A DNA stretch of 64,000 nt from Tubiluchus corallicola (taxonomy: Eukaryota; Animalia; Priapulida). The stretch is from assembly GCA_030141605.1 (NCBI GenBank), contig JAQGDQ010000370.1, forward strand, positions 148,429 to 212,428, in the 5' to 3' direction. The translations under genes were made by a program, and so were the position numbers. Positions 1 through 27,872 of this stretch are shown here, piece after piece (the first letter of the stretch is position 1; every line of letters begins with the position of its first letter). The notes beneath the pieces were generated by a model, which worked only from the letters and a program-made list of their open reading frames with translations, searched no databases and was not told the DNA's origin.

Positions 1-506
1 AATCAGATTTGTGTTCAGAAGTTTATGTGTTAAATGCTTGCTTACCTAGGTTTAACTTGTGTATGGACATGTCATAATTTGCAAATGTGATAATTTAAAA
101 AATTACTAATGTTTCCTAAATTAAACTGATAAAATTAATGCCCACCAGTGTCTAAAAATCATTTTATCTATATTCGGTAAAGGATAGCAGACTAGGTGAC
201 TTTATAGTCTTTTCGCTGTTCTTTCTCTAGTTCTAGATCTATCTATACATTTTAACCATTCTTCAAAACTTATTAGAGATTCTTTTTTTAATCATGTTTT
301 ATTGTAGCATTATAAAGAGATAAATAAATTAAAATTGAATTGAATTGAATTGACATCCCAGTATAACTTGTTTTCTTGTTTTTGTGTGTGCTATTAGCTT
401 TTAACAAGTTATAAGACACATTAGCTAACCGTTACTTTAAACTGTCTCGCTGAAGGGGATATTCAGTTTGTTAAATGTTGAAAGGGGTTATAGCTGTGGC
501 TGATTT

Positions 507-715
507 TACCTTGATGATCTATGATTTAGTCTCCCCCCCCCCCCATATAAAACTGGGATAACTATTTTTTGAAGTCACACTGAATGTCCGGAATGGCTGA
601 TTTTTCATTGATGATATATGATTTAGTTCCCCCCCCCCATATAAAACTGGGATAACTATTTTTTGAAGTCGCACTGAATGTCCGGAATGGCCGATTTTTC
701 ATTGATGATATATGC
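507..715. repeat. ~96-bp tandem duplication
   Basis: gatgatatatgatttagt..cccccatataaaactggg..ccggaatgg repeated. Confidence 0.85.
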
Positions 716-1023
716 ATGTCCGGAATTTCGTCAAATTTTAGTTGTTTATGCTGTTCGGACCATGCCGTGTAAGACTTTGTGAGCTTTTATCATTCGTAAA
801 GGAAATGGCGTTCAGAACGGACGATCAGCGACGAATTCATCGTACCAGTAATAATTTCAGTGACATTTGGTGGTTATTTTGCTGCTAATTTGTCAAACTA
901 CTGTGCGTAAGTTTCGCAGAAGCAGCGTGTATATCGGACTAATGGTTCCGAAGAGAATAAAATTGATTAATTTATTTGTTTTTTATAACAAAAGTGAAGG
1001 TAGAATTTTGTATAGTGTTTATT

Positions 1024-1515
1024 CAGGGATGAGAATTTTTCTCGGATACGCTGAATTTCGAGTTTTTGGAAGACCAGTAGTGCCATTTTTGTAAATCGCG
1101 TAAATTCGTTGAGAAAATTTTTATGGACCCAGTACATTATTTCACAAGCTGACCGCTAGTTGGCAGGCCGTCACTTTGTTTACATCACGTACATCAGTAT
1201 AACCACGTGTATATCTCTATGTATAAAAATATAGAATCAATTGTGCAGAGTTATTTGAGTCAATTGTAGACAGTTTTTATATACTTTTGCATAGGAGCGG
1301 CCAGTACTTAGGCATTTTTGAAACAATTAGGTATCATGTATCCTTGATGGGTATTTTAAATTATGCATGAAACAAGGTAACTGATATTTTAAGTCCACTT
1401 AGAGGCTCTCTATGGTCACAAAATTGCAATTTGTTGCTGTCTCCAAGGGGGCTACTCGGCCCCCAAACCCCCCGGCCTGTTTCAGAGTTTTTGCAATTTC
1501 TCATTCTCATCCCTG
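1024..1515 (+). mobile_element. hAT-type MITE family 1 (TIR CAGGGATGAGAA)
   Basis: Terminal inverted repeats; near-identical to other copies in the window. Confidence 0.88.
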
Positions 1516-1863
1516 CTTCTTGCAGACAATTTGGCACTTGCTAGTTAAGTAAATATAAACAGGGCAGTAAAAGCTACAGCAGTGCAGCTGAATTTTTCTC
1601 TGTTGTTTATTTTTTCCTTGTTGCTCAGTGTTGTACGCAGTTGGTTTTAACAAACCTATTTTTACTCTAACCTTGCATTTCATTTTATTTTAAGCCGATG
1701 ATCTATTGTGTTTGTTGCACTGACAGCTGCCTGAGCAAACTCAAATCTTATCTGCCTGACTCGGTGTTGTATTTCTTTGCAAATCAGATACTTGTACTGA
1801 CGAGCAGTTTTGTTTCTGATTTCAGGTAGCGTTTGAGTTCAAATAGAAGAAAGAGTTTTAAAC

Positions 1864-15809
<13,946 letters not shown>

Positions 15810-16769
15810 GATGGTGGTCTACTATTATGACTTACTAGTTATAAATGTTGCAAAATTGATGCAATAGAGATGAAAGTGCAATTCCACATTTATACAGGTC
15901 ACTTTTATATCTTCTAGATAGAGAGATTTGGTAACTGGTTTTCTTTATTTGAACTGAAATGCTGTATTTGTTTTAGTCCCAAATAGCCAATCAGAGCTTT
16001 GCTCTGAGAATATGAGCAAATCCCAGCTGTTCTATGTAAACTGCTAGGAGATTCGAGATGTCCATTCTCGTAGTTAGTCATTTCAGGTGTTAATAGTCTT
16101 TGTATTGGTGGGATGTAATCGCACTTGTGTCGAGAGTGAGACGCTCTCTTAGAAAAGCGCACACCGTCGACTTTGGTGCTAAACGACGCTAAATAAATTG
16201 CTGCGCAATTATCCGTCTTTCCGAAATTTGCTGTAAATTTTTTTATTGTTTTATTGTGGTTTTAGCAGTGATTTTATTTTATTACCTGTGCAATTTTAGT
16301 TGTGTGAAAGTTGGAAAATGCTAGATTTCCTATCAGTATTGACAGTTTTGATTTGCCATTCCGATTTTTTCAGTGTATTTGTCCGTACGGATTAAGTTAT
16401 ATGCTGAGAGATTAGATAGCTCAAGCCAGTCATTGTAGATCTTTGCTCATAGATGGCAGTGTTGTTGCCACTAATTGATGACGCACGTTAGCACAACAGT
16501 CGTGTTTTTTAAATGCCGTTTTAAAGCTATTTTTGTGTAACTCTTGAGAAAATATCAGTTTTTGTAACCTGTTAGGTAAGTATATCAATCTGTCTTTGTC
16601 AGGAAACTGTCTTTTATATTGTACGTTTTATGTATTTGTGTAAGAGAAAGAGCATACATTCTGTTTTTACTGCAAGAAGCTTTGCTAAAACTATGAAGTG
16701 CTAAAGATCTAAATGCCTTTTGCTGAAGTAAGATCTTTTGAAAACGTGTTACTGTCCTGCGATTTTGTG

Positions 16770-17170
16770 ATTGCGATACTCGACTCTCTCCACCTATCAG
16801 AAGCGGGCACCTTTATAGGGTGCAAAGTCTCTTCTTCTATGACGCTGATCTTTTAGTTGTCTTTTCCGAGTTTTATGACTTTATTTGTCTTTATCCTGTA
16901 TTCCATGCATTCGTTCACCAGATTTCTAATTTCTAGCAATCCTTCCTTTTCACTGTTCATCAATACATCTGAGTTCAAAATTTTTTTCCATTCTCCATAT
17001 CTGTCACATCTAAGCATATGTTCAGTAGTGTCATCATCTTCCTCACACACTGGGCATAATAACTGATCCTTAAACTCATTCTTGTAGTTCCCTTTAACTT
17101 TAATCATATTCGGTCTTATTTTCGATACATCTTTAACCTCTTGTGGCTTGCATGTGTCTATGTAATTTTG
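16770..17170 (-). mobile_element. Non-LTR retrotransposon 3' fragment (C-terminal zinc-binding CxxC..H..C)
   Basis: KVKGNYKNEFKDQLLCPVCEEDDDTTEHMLRC in ORF 16853-17272. Confidence 0.65.
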
Positions 17171-17386
17171 TCGTTTCCACTCGGTGTGCCTCAAAAATCT
17201 TAATTTAGTGGTGTGATGACACGCAGGCTGGTGAAAGGTAAAATCGACGACGACGCTTAGCCACGTAGCCACTGATGGTTACTGTTGAGCATTCTTATAC
17301 GAGCTTGCGGCAATGTGCAATATTTTTTCTCTCTATATTTTTGCTAGTACTCTAACACTGTTACTCTGACAAAGTAAAAAGTATTA

Positions 17387-17857
17387 CAGTTGTGGCCAAA
17401 AGGTTAAGCCCACCTGTGATTACGACGTGAATTTTGAGCTTTTTTGGTATTCAATACCATATATTTTCCCTCATGGCGGACCGATTCGTTCACACGATGG
17501 CTCTCATTAGGTAGGTAATTGAAAATTGCAAATAAATGCATGCGCAGTTGATCACTCATCCTCTTACCTTTCACTAGAATTACCATCCAACATAATCAGT
17601 CGAATGGGGGGGGGAAGCTACTGCCGAGAGCGCGTCTAAGACAATTCCCGCAACCGTCAATGTGTTGACGTCATCATCTCGTAGGTTCTGCGCATGCGCA
17701 ACATAAACATTTATTTGCAATTTTCAATTGCCTTCCTAATGAGCCATCGTGTGTACGAATCGGTCCACCATGAGGGAGAATATATGGTATTGAATACCAA
17801 AATAGCTCAAAATTCACGTCGTAATCACAGGTGGGCTTAAACTTCTGGCCACGACTG
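17387..17857. mobile_element. Tc1-like MITE with long (~150 bp) inverted repeats
   Basis: TA|cagttgtggcca...tggccacgactg|TA, with long matching arms. Confidence 0.88.
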
Positions 17858-18046
17858 TAAAATGAATCTTTTTTGTTGCTGATGAAAACGTGTAAGTTCT
17901 TGTGTACCTCAGTGATACGTAATTCAGTTTTTCTGCATTATTTTGCTACCATTGTTATAGGTACTGTATTTATATTGACTAACATTTTTATATATCAACT
18001 GATACCTGTGCAACGCATATGAAAGATAGAGAATTGCTGTCCTAAT

Positions 18047-18762
18047 TAGGGTTACCATACGTCCGGGATCCCCGAGCACATCCTCTTTTTGCTCCTCTGT
18101 CCGGATGGGTTTTCAAAAAATTGGCAGTTTGTCTGGGTTTTGCCTCATATGAAAGATAGAGAATTGCTGTCCTAATTAGGGTTACCATACATCCGGGTTT
18201 CCCCAGACACGTCCTCTTTTTGGGCATCTGTCCGGGCGGGTTTTCAAAAACTTGGCAGTTTGTCTTCCGTGTTTTGCCTCAATCCGTAAGCATGTACAGA
18301 CGTTGCCAACTGCAGAGGCATACGACAGTACGAAACAAAGAAAAGCTCGTTAATTTTCAATACAAGATGCTGCTAACATCTCAAAATGCAACCCTTGTAA
18401 AAGCTTTGTGTACATATTTACTGAACAAAAGCAAGCGATGCGCACATCACTATGGGTCACACGACTCACACCGCTGTCGATACTTGGCGTATTCGCTAAC
18501 GAGTTAAAATGACGTCAGCTTCCGGGAGCCATTTTGTTTGTTTCTATGTGAATTTCTTTAAATTTGTATAGTTTCGCTGTTTTGCAGTTTTGAGCGTAAC
18601 TGACAAAACTTAATTAGAAAGTAGCAATGCCGAAACGACAGTGTGCATTTACAGATGAAATGAAGGCCAAGTACCCGTGATTTCGCGCAGGTCGATATTA
18701 CTGGGAAGCCGAATGCTCGACATGTGGTCCTCTTTTTCAACTTGGACAATATGGTAACCCTA
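18047..18762. mobile_element. hAT-like MITE (TIR TAGGGTTACCATA) with tandemly duplicated left end
   Basis: tagggttaccata at 18047 and 18177; tatggtaacccta ending at 18762; tcctaa flanks. Confidence 0.75.
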
Positions 18763-19551
18763 TCCTAAATGACATTTTTCTCTTGTTCCTCCTCGAGTAA
18801 AATTTCGTAAGAGTAATTTTAACAGTAACCTTTTAGCCGAATTTGCTTACTTTCGTACTGTTAACAAGTTTTTTTCTGAAAAAATTTATGGAAATGGTCA
18901 TTGCTGCTGGATTTGTGTTTGGGTGATCAGGAAGTAGTGAATAATGTGCTTGTTGTTACTTCCTCTAAGAGGAGACCGCATTGGCAGAGACGTTTTACGT
19001 ACATATAGGCGTATATGCATTCTTTCTCAATAAAAAAATAGTCGGTAGCAGTGTGGCAAGTGAAACGATCTGAAATGATCGTTCAAATCCACAATCAATT
19101 GAATTTACTTTAAAAAACAGGATGTCTAAAAGTTCTGAACAGCCTGGATTTGAACCTGGGACCTTCTGCTTAGAAGTTCAATGTCATAACTGCAAGGCTG
19201 CAAGATCGCCACTGTCCAAAGTTCATCCCTTGTACTTGGGTAACTAAGCCAGCAGGTTTCAGGGTTTCTGATGTTAGACTGCTCATACGAGAGTGATTCT
19301 ATCTGATTAGATTAACTTCTTGCATTAGGAAACTTCTCATATGACGTACCTCACAGCCACATGGCTTTCTGTCATGTATGGAACAATATAGTCTTTCTGT
19401 TCTCTTGCCATTATGCGTACAATGATGCATACAAGTAATTATATATATATTATCCACTTTTTCATATTCCAAATTTGTCTGCATATGTAGACCAGTGCAA
19501 GCGTATAGTAGTGACATGGCTAAATATTTTCACTTGCGTGATACTGTAATA

Positions 19552-20033
19552 CAGTGGACTCTCGTTACAAGAATCACACGTATAAGAATCAGCTCGATAT
19601 AAGAATCAAAATCGCGTTTCCCGAATTGAATCGGCATTTTCCTAGTGAAAATCCGCTCGTATAAGAATCACCCTTCTTTCGATAGTAGAATCAATTTTGG
19701 CGCCAACTCCATTGTCTCTCACATGGTTCTGCGCAGTGGGCGTGGAGAAAAAAATTATGTGCATTAAAAAAATTTTAAGGCAATTCTGTCATCATGAAAT
19801 ATTTACCCAACCATGAAATGAAAATATTAGTCTAGTAATTTTTAGGTCCTTTTTAGGCCAGAAAAACATTATGCTGTTTCATGTCATTTCTAGCGTAATT
19901 TCGGGAAATAAATAATTTTTATGTGCATAAAATTTTTTTAAAGCAATTCTGTGTCGTGCTCGTTATAAGAATCGCTTGTTATAAGAATCACTTTGCCTTC
20001 TCCCGAGGTGATTCTTATAACGAGAGTCCACTG
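19552..20033. mobile_element. pogo/Tigger-like MITE
   Basis: TA|cagtggactctcgttacaagaatcac ... gtgattcttataacgagagtccactg|TA, with subterminal ataagaatc repeats. Confidence 0.9.
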
Positions 20034-22494
20034 TAGTTGTTAATTAGTAGTTTTAATGGGCGACTTTAATGTCTAGGACAGGAAACCTTTCAGACTATGT
20101 TAATGACAACCAGGACGAATATGTAGCACCTGGCCTTGAGACTGAGATCTTAAGAAATGGAGCTACATTGTATTTTATAGTTAAAGACCTTAAGTAATAG
20201 AAATACCTTGTATTTTATAATTTTTCTGTGCCCTGGAGTAACCATAGTATTTTAGTCAATGTAAAAATATCAGATCAAATCCGGTTTTGGGAAAATTGAC
20301 TGAAACTAGTTTTGTGTGCACGAAGAGCCTCATTCTTTTGTGCATACACAGCCTCATAAAGGGCCAAAGACTGACCAATAACGTTAGATAAAGCTATGTT
20401 ACCATACTACAATACCAACATAATAAATAATACAGTACATTAGGCAGCCAGTCACTTTTTAACGTAATTCATTTTTTGTACTTGCAAAATCAAAATTAGA
20501 AGAGTTATTTTTAGGCTGTTTATTAGAAAAACTTTTACTTAGCCAAGTAAGAAACTACCGTAGATATTGTAACCCCTCGTGTTATAAAATTATGTAAAAT
20601 AGGATTTTGTAATTAACGATGTATAGTTTATTTGATATTGTATGTATGTATAGTTTATTTGATATTGTATGTATGTTACCTGATGATTCACAGTTTACGT
20701 CTTTAAACTTTGGTATACCATATTTTTGTAATATATTGCTTTAAATATCACAATATATTCGTTGTCACAAACGCGAAGCGTAAAATTATGGAATACAAAG
20801 TAGAAATCGTTTTTGTTTTCGTTTTACTTGGATACAGCAAAATGAGAGGGAATATACAGTTTTCGATAGATTGTAATGTATCCCTAGGCCAACCACAGCA
20901 CAGCCATGAGACCGCGGTGTTTTGAGAGGAGGCGTGTCGACCATTGCTGTACTTCAAAATTCTACCAAATGATAATAATGCAATGACGAGATAGGGAAAT
21001 GCTTGTCTTTAACTTTTTATTCCTCCATTTAGTCCAAAACTGAACAAGCGACCAAAGATCCAAAAACAATTGTGAACCAATTAACAAAGGTGCACATCTG
21101 AAAAAAAAACAAAATTGGGGTTTCAAAAAACAAATAATTGCATTTGATGGCACTGACAAAATTTTCCTCAAATTAACATGCAAATTTTCTGCAGAATGTA
21201 AGATAAAAACACTCGGGACTATGTACTGTTTTAGACTTTGTGAGTTAACACATGCAATTTTATGGAAACTAGAATTGTAAATTTGAACTTTTGATTCAGT
21301 AAGATGAACAGGCTGCAACAGTGGGTGTATTTACTGCTATTTTATTCAGCAGCTTAGTGTAAGGTTTGCTGAATTAGATTAACATAGAAACGTTTTTATT
21401 AATTTATCATAGCCACAAGTTTTTATCTTTAACTATAGCTGAATACTGAATAGCTTTGCCTACAGGCCTTATCTTGTCTGTTTTGCATTGTCTTACCTTG
21501 TTTTGTCTTACCTTGCCTTTTCCTATCATAATATCCTGTCCTGCTTTATCTACGCTGCTCTACCCCACTCCTACCCTGTCTTATCTTACCTTATCCTATC
21601 TGATATCCTACTTTTCTGTCTTATCCTGCTCTGCCTTGGCTTACCCTGCACTGTCTAAAATCGTCTCATCTTATCTCTTTAAAATGTACGCGAGCAATAA
21701 AAGTTTATGCGAACTTATTTGAAATGGCGAAAATGGTTATTAATTTTTTATAATTATTAGAATATCTATGGTTTTAACAATACTTCCATGCATACTTTAC
21801 CTTTATCAGCGCTAGAGAGCAGCATCTGCGACGTACCGACGCACTGGTTTTGCTTTTGTATTTTGATGGTTTTACACCACATATAATCAACATTTAGTTA
21901 ATTAATTGACAGTTCTTTCTTTTCGGGTTCAGGTATTTTTACTTTGATTGTTTAATTTAGTGTTACCGCGTATATAAATACTATGATTCACTGTTTTCGT
22001 TCAAACAGGCTGGTACAACTCAATTCTGATTTTTCTATTTTTTCCCGTAGTAACAATGTCATATAACACTTTAACAGAAATGATGTAAATAACGAATAGA
22101 AATAGCAAACATATTCGAGATTAGCTTTTTTATTTGCACGTACAATTAGTTAATACTAAGATAAATGGAGAAAACTAGTATGGGCAGAAAGCTAGATAGA
22201 TTCGCGCGGTACATCACAGGTATGTTGAGTAACAATAATTTATGTCTCTTGCATTTTGGAAACTTGAGTAAGAAACAGACGAGATCGTGACATGACAATA
22301 TTGAGATGCAAATTTACAGTGATCGATTAGTATTACAGTCATTATGTTAGTAAATATGTCGTAAGAGTAAACAGTCCTTAAACAATATAAAAAAGCCTGG
22401 CATGTAAAGAATGTTTAAACTGCTGGCCTAAACAAGTTAGTATAAATGTACATGATAAAATGAGCTAAGTCAAAGCAAGACTAGAAATACCAAG

Positions 22495-22870
22495 CTTAAC
22501 TCATAGAAAATGTGCAATGAAGGGCTACAAAACTGGTTCCATCATTCAGTGACTTGCATTATACAGAAAGATTAAGAAAATTAAGCATTACACCTTTGCA
22601 ATACAGACGCCAACGAAGTGAGATGATTCAGGTTTTTAGAATTATCAATAAAATAGATGTTTTGGACGAGTCATCGTTCTTTTTGAGGAATTCAGCATTT
22701 ACAAGAGGGCATCCTTATAAATTCTATAAACCCCGAAGCCAGACTGGATGTGAGGAAGTACGTCTTCAGCAACCGAGTTGTAAACAGTTGGAATGGTCTA
22801 AACAGCAAAACTATAGCATCTAAATCAATAAATGAATTTAAACGAAATTTAGAATATGAGTGGAATCAAA
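22495..22870 (+). mobile_element. CR1-type LINE 3' fragment (degenerate)
   Basis: IENVQ*RATKLV..YTERLRKL..LQYRRQRSEMIQVFRII..TRGHPYK, typical of the CR1 ORF2 C-terminus, with a stop and a frameshift. Confidence 0.8.
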
Positions 22871-23423
22871 AGAACTTTTTTGTAACATACACACATTAAT
22901 GTCAGCAGAGAACAGGCATTATAGGTTATCCATGGATCTACCTCTAGCCTTAAGATTGGATATGGATCGTGTACTGAAATTTAAACGGACACTCTCGCTT
23001 TTATTATTTTAGATGTGCTGTAAAAGTGTCTATTGCTTCTAATACTTAACTTTTTTATATTTGTATATATTATATGTTCTATTGCACCCATTATTCGTTT
23101 CAGTGTACTAAAAAAAATGTTGAATTGAAATTGAGTTCAATTAAAATTTTGCGAACACAAAATTAGATTTCTGTGGTAACAATTCATTCAAGTAAATCAT
23201 TAAAATATAATGTTCCCGTTCAATATTTGATACGTTAGATTGTTTTGAGCCATTGTTTAAGATTGGGTCCTGTATCCCTTTAAGTGGAATGGTAGATAAT
23301 AGAAGGTCAAACAGGTCTTCATGTGCAGTAGATGAATGTGTAAGTGGATGGAGCTTTGATCAAGCGTAGAACAAGGCTGGCCTTGTTTAGCAGGTTACGT
23401 GAAAATAGAAACCTCTTCATTTG

Positions 23424-24302
23424 CAGGGATGAGAATGACAAAATGCAAAAAACTCTGAAACAGGACGGGGTTTTGGGGGCCGTGTAGGAGCCCCCTTGGA
23501 GCTAGCAACAAATTGCAATTTTGTGACCATAGAGAGCCTCTAATTGTACTTAAAATATCAGTTACCTTGTTTCATGCATAATTTAAAATACCAAACTATC
23601 AAGGATACATGATACCTAATTGTCTCAAAAACGCCTAAGTACTGGCCGCTCCTATGCAAAAGTATATAAAAACTGTCTGCAATTGACTCAAATAACTCCG
23701 CACAATTGATTCTATATTTTTATACATAGAGATATACACGTGGTTACACTGATGTACGTGATGTAAACAAAGTGACGGCCTGCCAACTAGCGGTCAGCTT
23801 GTGAAATAATGTACTGGGTCCGTAAAAATTTTCTCAACAAATTTACGCGATTTACAAAAATGGCACTACTGGTCTTCCAAAAGCTCGGAATTTCCGTGTA
23901 TCCGCAGAAAATTCTCATCCCTGGACATTAAATGCTAACAATAAGAAAGTGACGCGAGCAACAAACCTTGTCTCCCTCCACTACATCAAACTCTACGATC
24001 TCTCCGTCACCCACGCTGCGTAGGTACTTGCGCGGGTTGTTCTTAATAATAGCCGTCTGAAAAAGCAATAAACATAAACAGCTAGCTTTTGCAATGACAC
24101 CGAATGGACTTTCGTAAAGTGACCGTCCTGCCTTAAAACCTAGGCGTGTTTGTCAGCCTTATGTAGTTTTAACCATTCTGTAACGACCGCAGAAATTAGA
24201 AACCAACTAGCGTAAAACTTTTCTCAACGAATTTACAAAAATGGCACTACTGGTCTTCCAAAAACTCGGAATTCCGCGTATCTGCTGAAAATTCTCATCC
24301 CT
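23424..24302 (-). mobile_element. hAT-type MITE family 1 (23424-23923) plus a second terminus at ~24215-24302 (composite)
   Basis: A full copy followed by an extra end. Flanks ttcatttg / tccatttg resemble an 8-bp TSD around the composite. Confidence 0.82.
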
Positions 24303-24430
24303 CCATTTGATAATAATAATAATCTTTTTATTTATGTTGCAACACACGCACAGTTGTACTACAATTAATTTGGAAACAAAAATGTGAAGAAAGGGCAGCG
24401 AAAGACCTTAAGGTGTAATCTTTAATAGTA

Positions 24431-24911
24431 CAGTTAACCTCCGATATAAGGGACACCTCCGTACCAGAAAAAATCGTCTCTTATATCCGATGTCCCTTAT
24501 AGCCAAAGTTGAGTCAGACCAAGGGTGTATCTAGACCTGTACTTTTACCCATATTTTTATGGATTATTGCTACACATTCAGACATTCAGTGCAAACGGTA
24601 TGTAGGAAGCTCCTTCAGTGTTGCGAGATGTACGTGACCGCGGAAACCGAGCTGTTCGAAGGTCGAGTTCGCAAAAAAGTGAGGTTAAAAATTGATAAAT
24701 TTCGCTTCAATCATAGGGCCCTTTAGATGCGAGGTAATTTACCTGGGTTTCTATTACGCGGGACCTGAAGATACCGTCCCTTTTAACCGAAAGTCTCTTA
24801 TATCCGAGTACCTTATATACGAAGATTTTTACATGGGAAAAACATTACGAAAAATCGGGACCGCTGTTGGTGGTCCCTTATAAGCGAGTACCTTATACCT
24901 GAGGTTGACTG
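24431..24911. mobile_element. pogo/Tigger-like MITE
   Basis: TA|cagttaacctc ... gaggttgactg|TA, with cttata subterminal repeats. Confidence 0.85.
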
Positions 24912-25138
24912 TAGTTGTAAATTGTAATGTTTCACATTACTTCACATTGTTTAGCATTTACTGTAAGAGTTTATGGTTTGCTGCAGATGTTATTATCAAT
25001 CATTATCTTTCATTTTATAGCTAAATACATTTTACACAACAGTGCTGTTTTCGTGCACCAAACATTGATGGTCATTCCATAACTGATTTGTCTACTCTCT
25101 TGAACCAGCAATAGCGTAATTTTATTTTCAGAAGCCTA

Positions 25139-27839
25139 ATGGCAGAATCCACATTGCCTAACGAGCAGCCGGAAGAAGATGCTGCCGCCTTGCAGTTTCC
25201 CAAAGGTAAGCCCTAGGAGATTCTTACAGGATTGATTTATGTCAGATCTGACAACTTGAACTCTGTATCATAAAAGGGGGGGGGGGCGCAGATTGTGTTC
25301 GCAAGCCGAGCAAGACTGTTAATCTCTTTTAATTGTAAGTGACTAAGGTAAAAGACTGTACAGGTTTTAGTCTTTGTTTTGCAGCTCTCGAGAACATATA
25401 GAATACATCAAAACTGAACACCTCTGAACTGAGAGGTACAGTAGCTGCTTTTTGTGCAACGTGTTTCCGAGATGTAGGCTCTAGTGCCATTTAATCAGCG
25501 AATGGCAAAATGCATCTAGCAGCAAAGAACTACACAAAGCAAATACTTAATTACCAGTCTGTAGTAATAATTCTTTCATGTAAGCCCTTCTTGACAAAAT
25601 AGTATGTTCCATTTCAATATTTTGTAGACTAGACTGTCTTGAGTTATAGTTTAAGATTGCGCCTGGTTTTCCTTTAAACAATTCCTGATCACATCATACA
25701 AAAATCCATTGGTCTTTCGACTAATTTGCTGCAAAGTGATAGAGTAAAATAGCATCAATGTTGTGGGTACTATATACAATAGCATCAATATTGTGGGTAC
25801 AATATACAATAGCATCAATATTGTGGGTACAATATACAGTAGCATCAATATTGTGGGTACAATATACAATAGCATCAATATTGTGGGTACAATATACAAT
25901 AGCATCAATATTGTGGGTACAATATACAATAGCATCAATATTGTGGGTACAATATACAATAGCATCAATATTGTGGGCACAATATACAGTAGCATCAATA
26001 TTGTGGGTACAATATACAATAGCATCAATATTGTGGGTACAATATACAATAGCATAAATATTGTGGTACAATATACAATAGCATCAATATTGTGGGTACA
26101 ATATACAATAGCATCAATTTTGTGGGTACAATATACAATAGCATCAATATTGTGGGTACAATATACAATAGCATCTATATTGTGGGTACAATATACAATA
26201 GCATCAATATTGTGGGTACAATATACAATAGCATCTATATTGTGGGTACAATATACAATAGCATCAATATTGTGGGTACAATATGCAATAGCATCAATAT
26301 TGTGGGTACAATATACAATAGCATCAATATTGTGGGTACAGTATACAATAGCATCAATATTGTGGGTACAATATACAATAGCATCAGTATTGTGGGTGCA
26401 ATATACAATAGCATCAATATTGTGGGTGCAATATACAATAGCATCAATATTGTGCTACAATATACAATAGCATCAATATTGTGGGTGCAATATACAATAG
26501 CATCAATTTTGTGGGTACAATATACAATAGCATCAATATTGTGGGTGCAATATACAATAGCATCTATATTGTGGGTGCAATATACAATAGCATCAATATT
26601 GTGGGTACAATATACAATAGCATCTATATTGTGGGTACAATATACAATAGCATCAATATTGTGGGTACAATATACAATAGCATCAATATTGTGGGTACAG
26701 TATACAATAGCATCAATATTGTGGGTACAATATACAATAGCATCAATATTGTGGGTGCAATATACAATAGCATCAATATTGTGGGTGCAATATACAATAG
26801 CATCAATATTATGGGTACAATATACAATAGCATCAATATTGTGGGTACAATATACAATAGCATCAATATTGTAGGTACAATATACAATAGCATCAATATT
26901 GTGGGTACAATATAAAATAGCATCAATATACGTAAAAAAAATATGTGATAGTAACATGCCTGTAACCTGCATAATATTTTTTCACAGTGGTACAAAACAA
27001 TGAGTAATGCTACAGAACAGTTTGTTACATCAGAGTATTAGTGAGACTCAAAGATTTAGCGTGGCACATTCGCGCATCTTGTAACCTAACGGCAGCTATT
27101 CTCAAGACCGTGCTAGAAAATATCGTTTTCTGTGAACTATTGTAATCTATCTTTCTCCATTTTAAGTTTTTTTCTCGTTTAATGATAAAATTTTTACTGC
27201 ACATGTATTTATTTTATAACAGTGATTGTAAACACATTGTAAATTATTTTATATTGTATTATATGGCAAGGAGAAGTGCTACATACCTGCTGCCATTTTC
27301 TTTGTAAAAATGCATTTTTATGAATGTTCTTAAATAAAAAAACTAAACTAAAATCATAGGCTGCTTTTAGATGGTTGAAATATAGAGTTGTTTGTCAGCA
27401 AATTCTCTTTTGAACCCATTTTATTATTTCAGAATTATTGAATATACCAAAATGCTGAATGACACCTATTGGTGAATCACATTTTTCATCATTAGATTTT
27501 AGTAGCTTTGATTACACTTGTTCAATATGATAAACCATGTAATAGACTATAATAGATCAAGAAAAATCATTTCCATTATCTGTTTTTATAATCACTTGTA
27601 GTCGTAATTATTTCTATTAAATCTATTCCCAAACCTAAAGAGCCCTATAGCCTGCTAGTTCTTTTTTTATAAGATACTATACATTTTATAAACGTTCTTA
27701 ATAGTAATACCACTACTGCTGCTACTGCACTGCTACTACTACTACTACTACTACTACTACTGCTACTGCTACTACTACTGCTACTGCTACTACTGCTACT
27801 ACTACTACTACTACTACTACTACTGCTACTCTGCTACTG

Positions 27840-27872
<33 letters not shown>

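Noticed and set aside
15914-16162. Paired 82-aa ORFs (also 35788-36036) conserved in both arms
   Set aside because: They are antisense to the 3' UTR within a near-identical converted tract, start at GTG, and their similarity is explained by DNA identity. The ORFs at 15533-15838 and 36175-36417 are off-frame readings of exon 10.
19130-19205. tRNA-like sequence on the minus strand
   Set aside because: Only a degenerate B-box/T-arm with no complete cloverleaf; probably a decayed SINE head.
25651-26995. Long repetitive ORFs ([10 protein letters not shown] / [10 protein letters not shown]) and a CRISPR-like look
   Set aside because: A head-to-tail 30-bp minisatellite without spacers, inside RPB4 intron 1. 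Frames are open only because the unit is a stop-free multiple of 3, and there are no cas genes.
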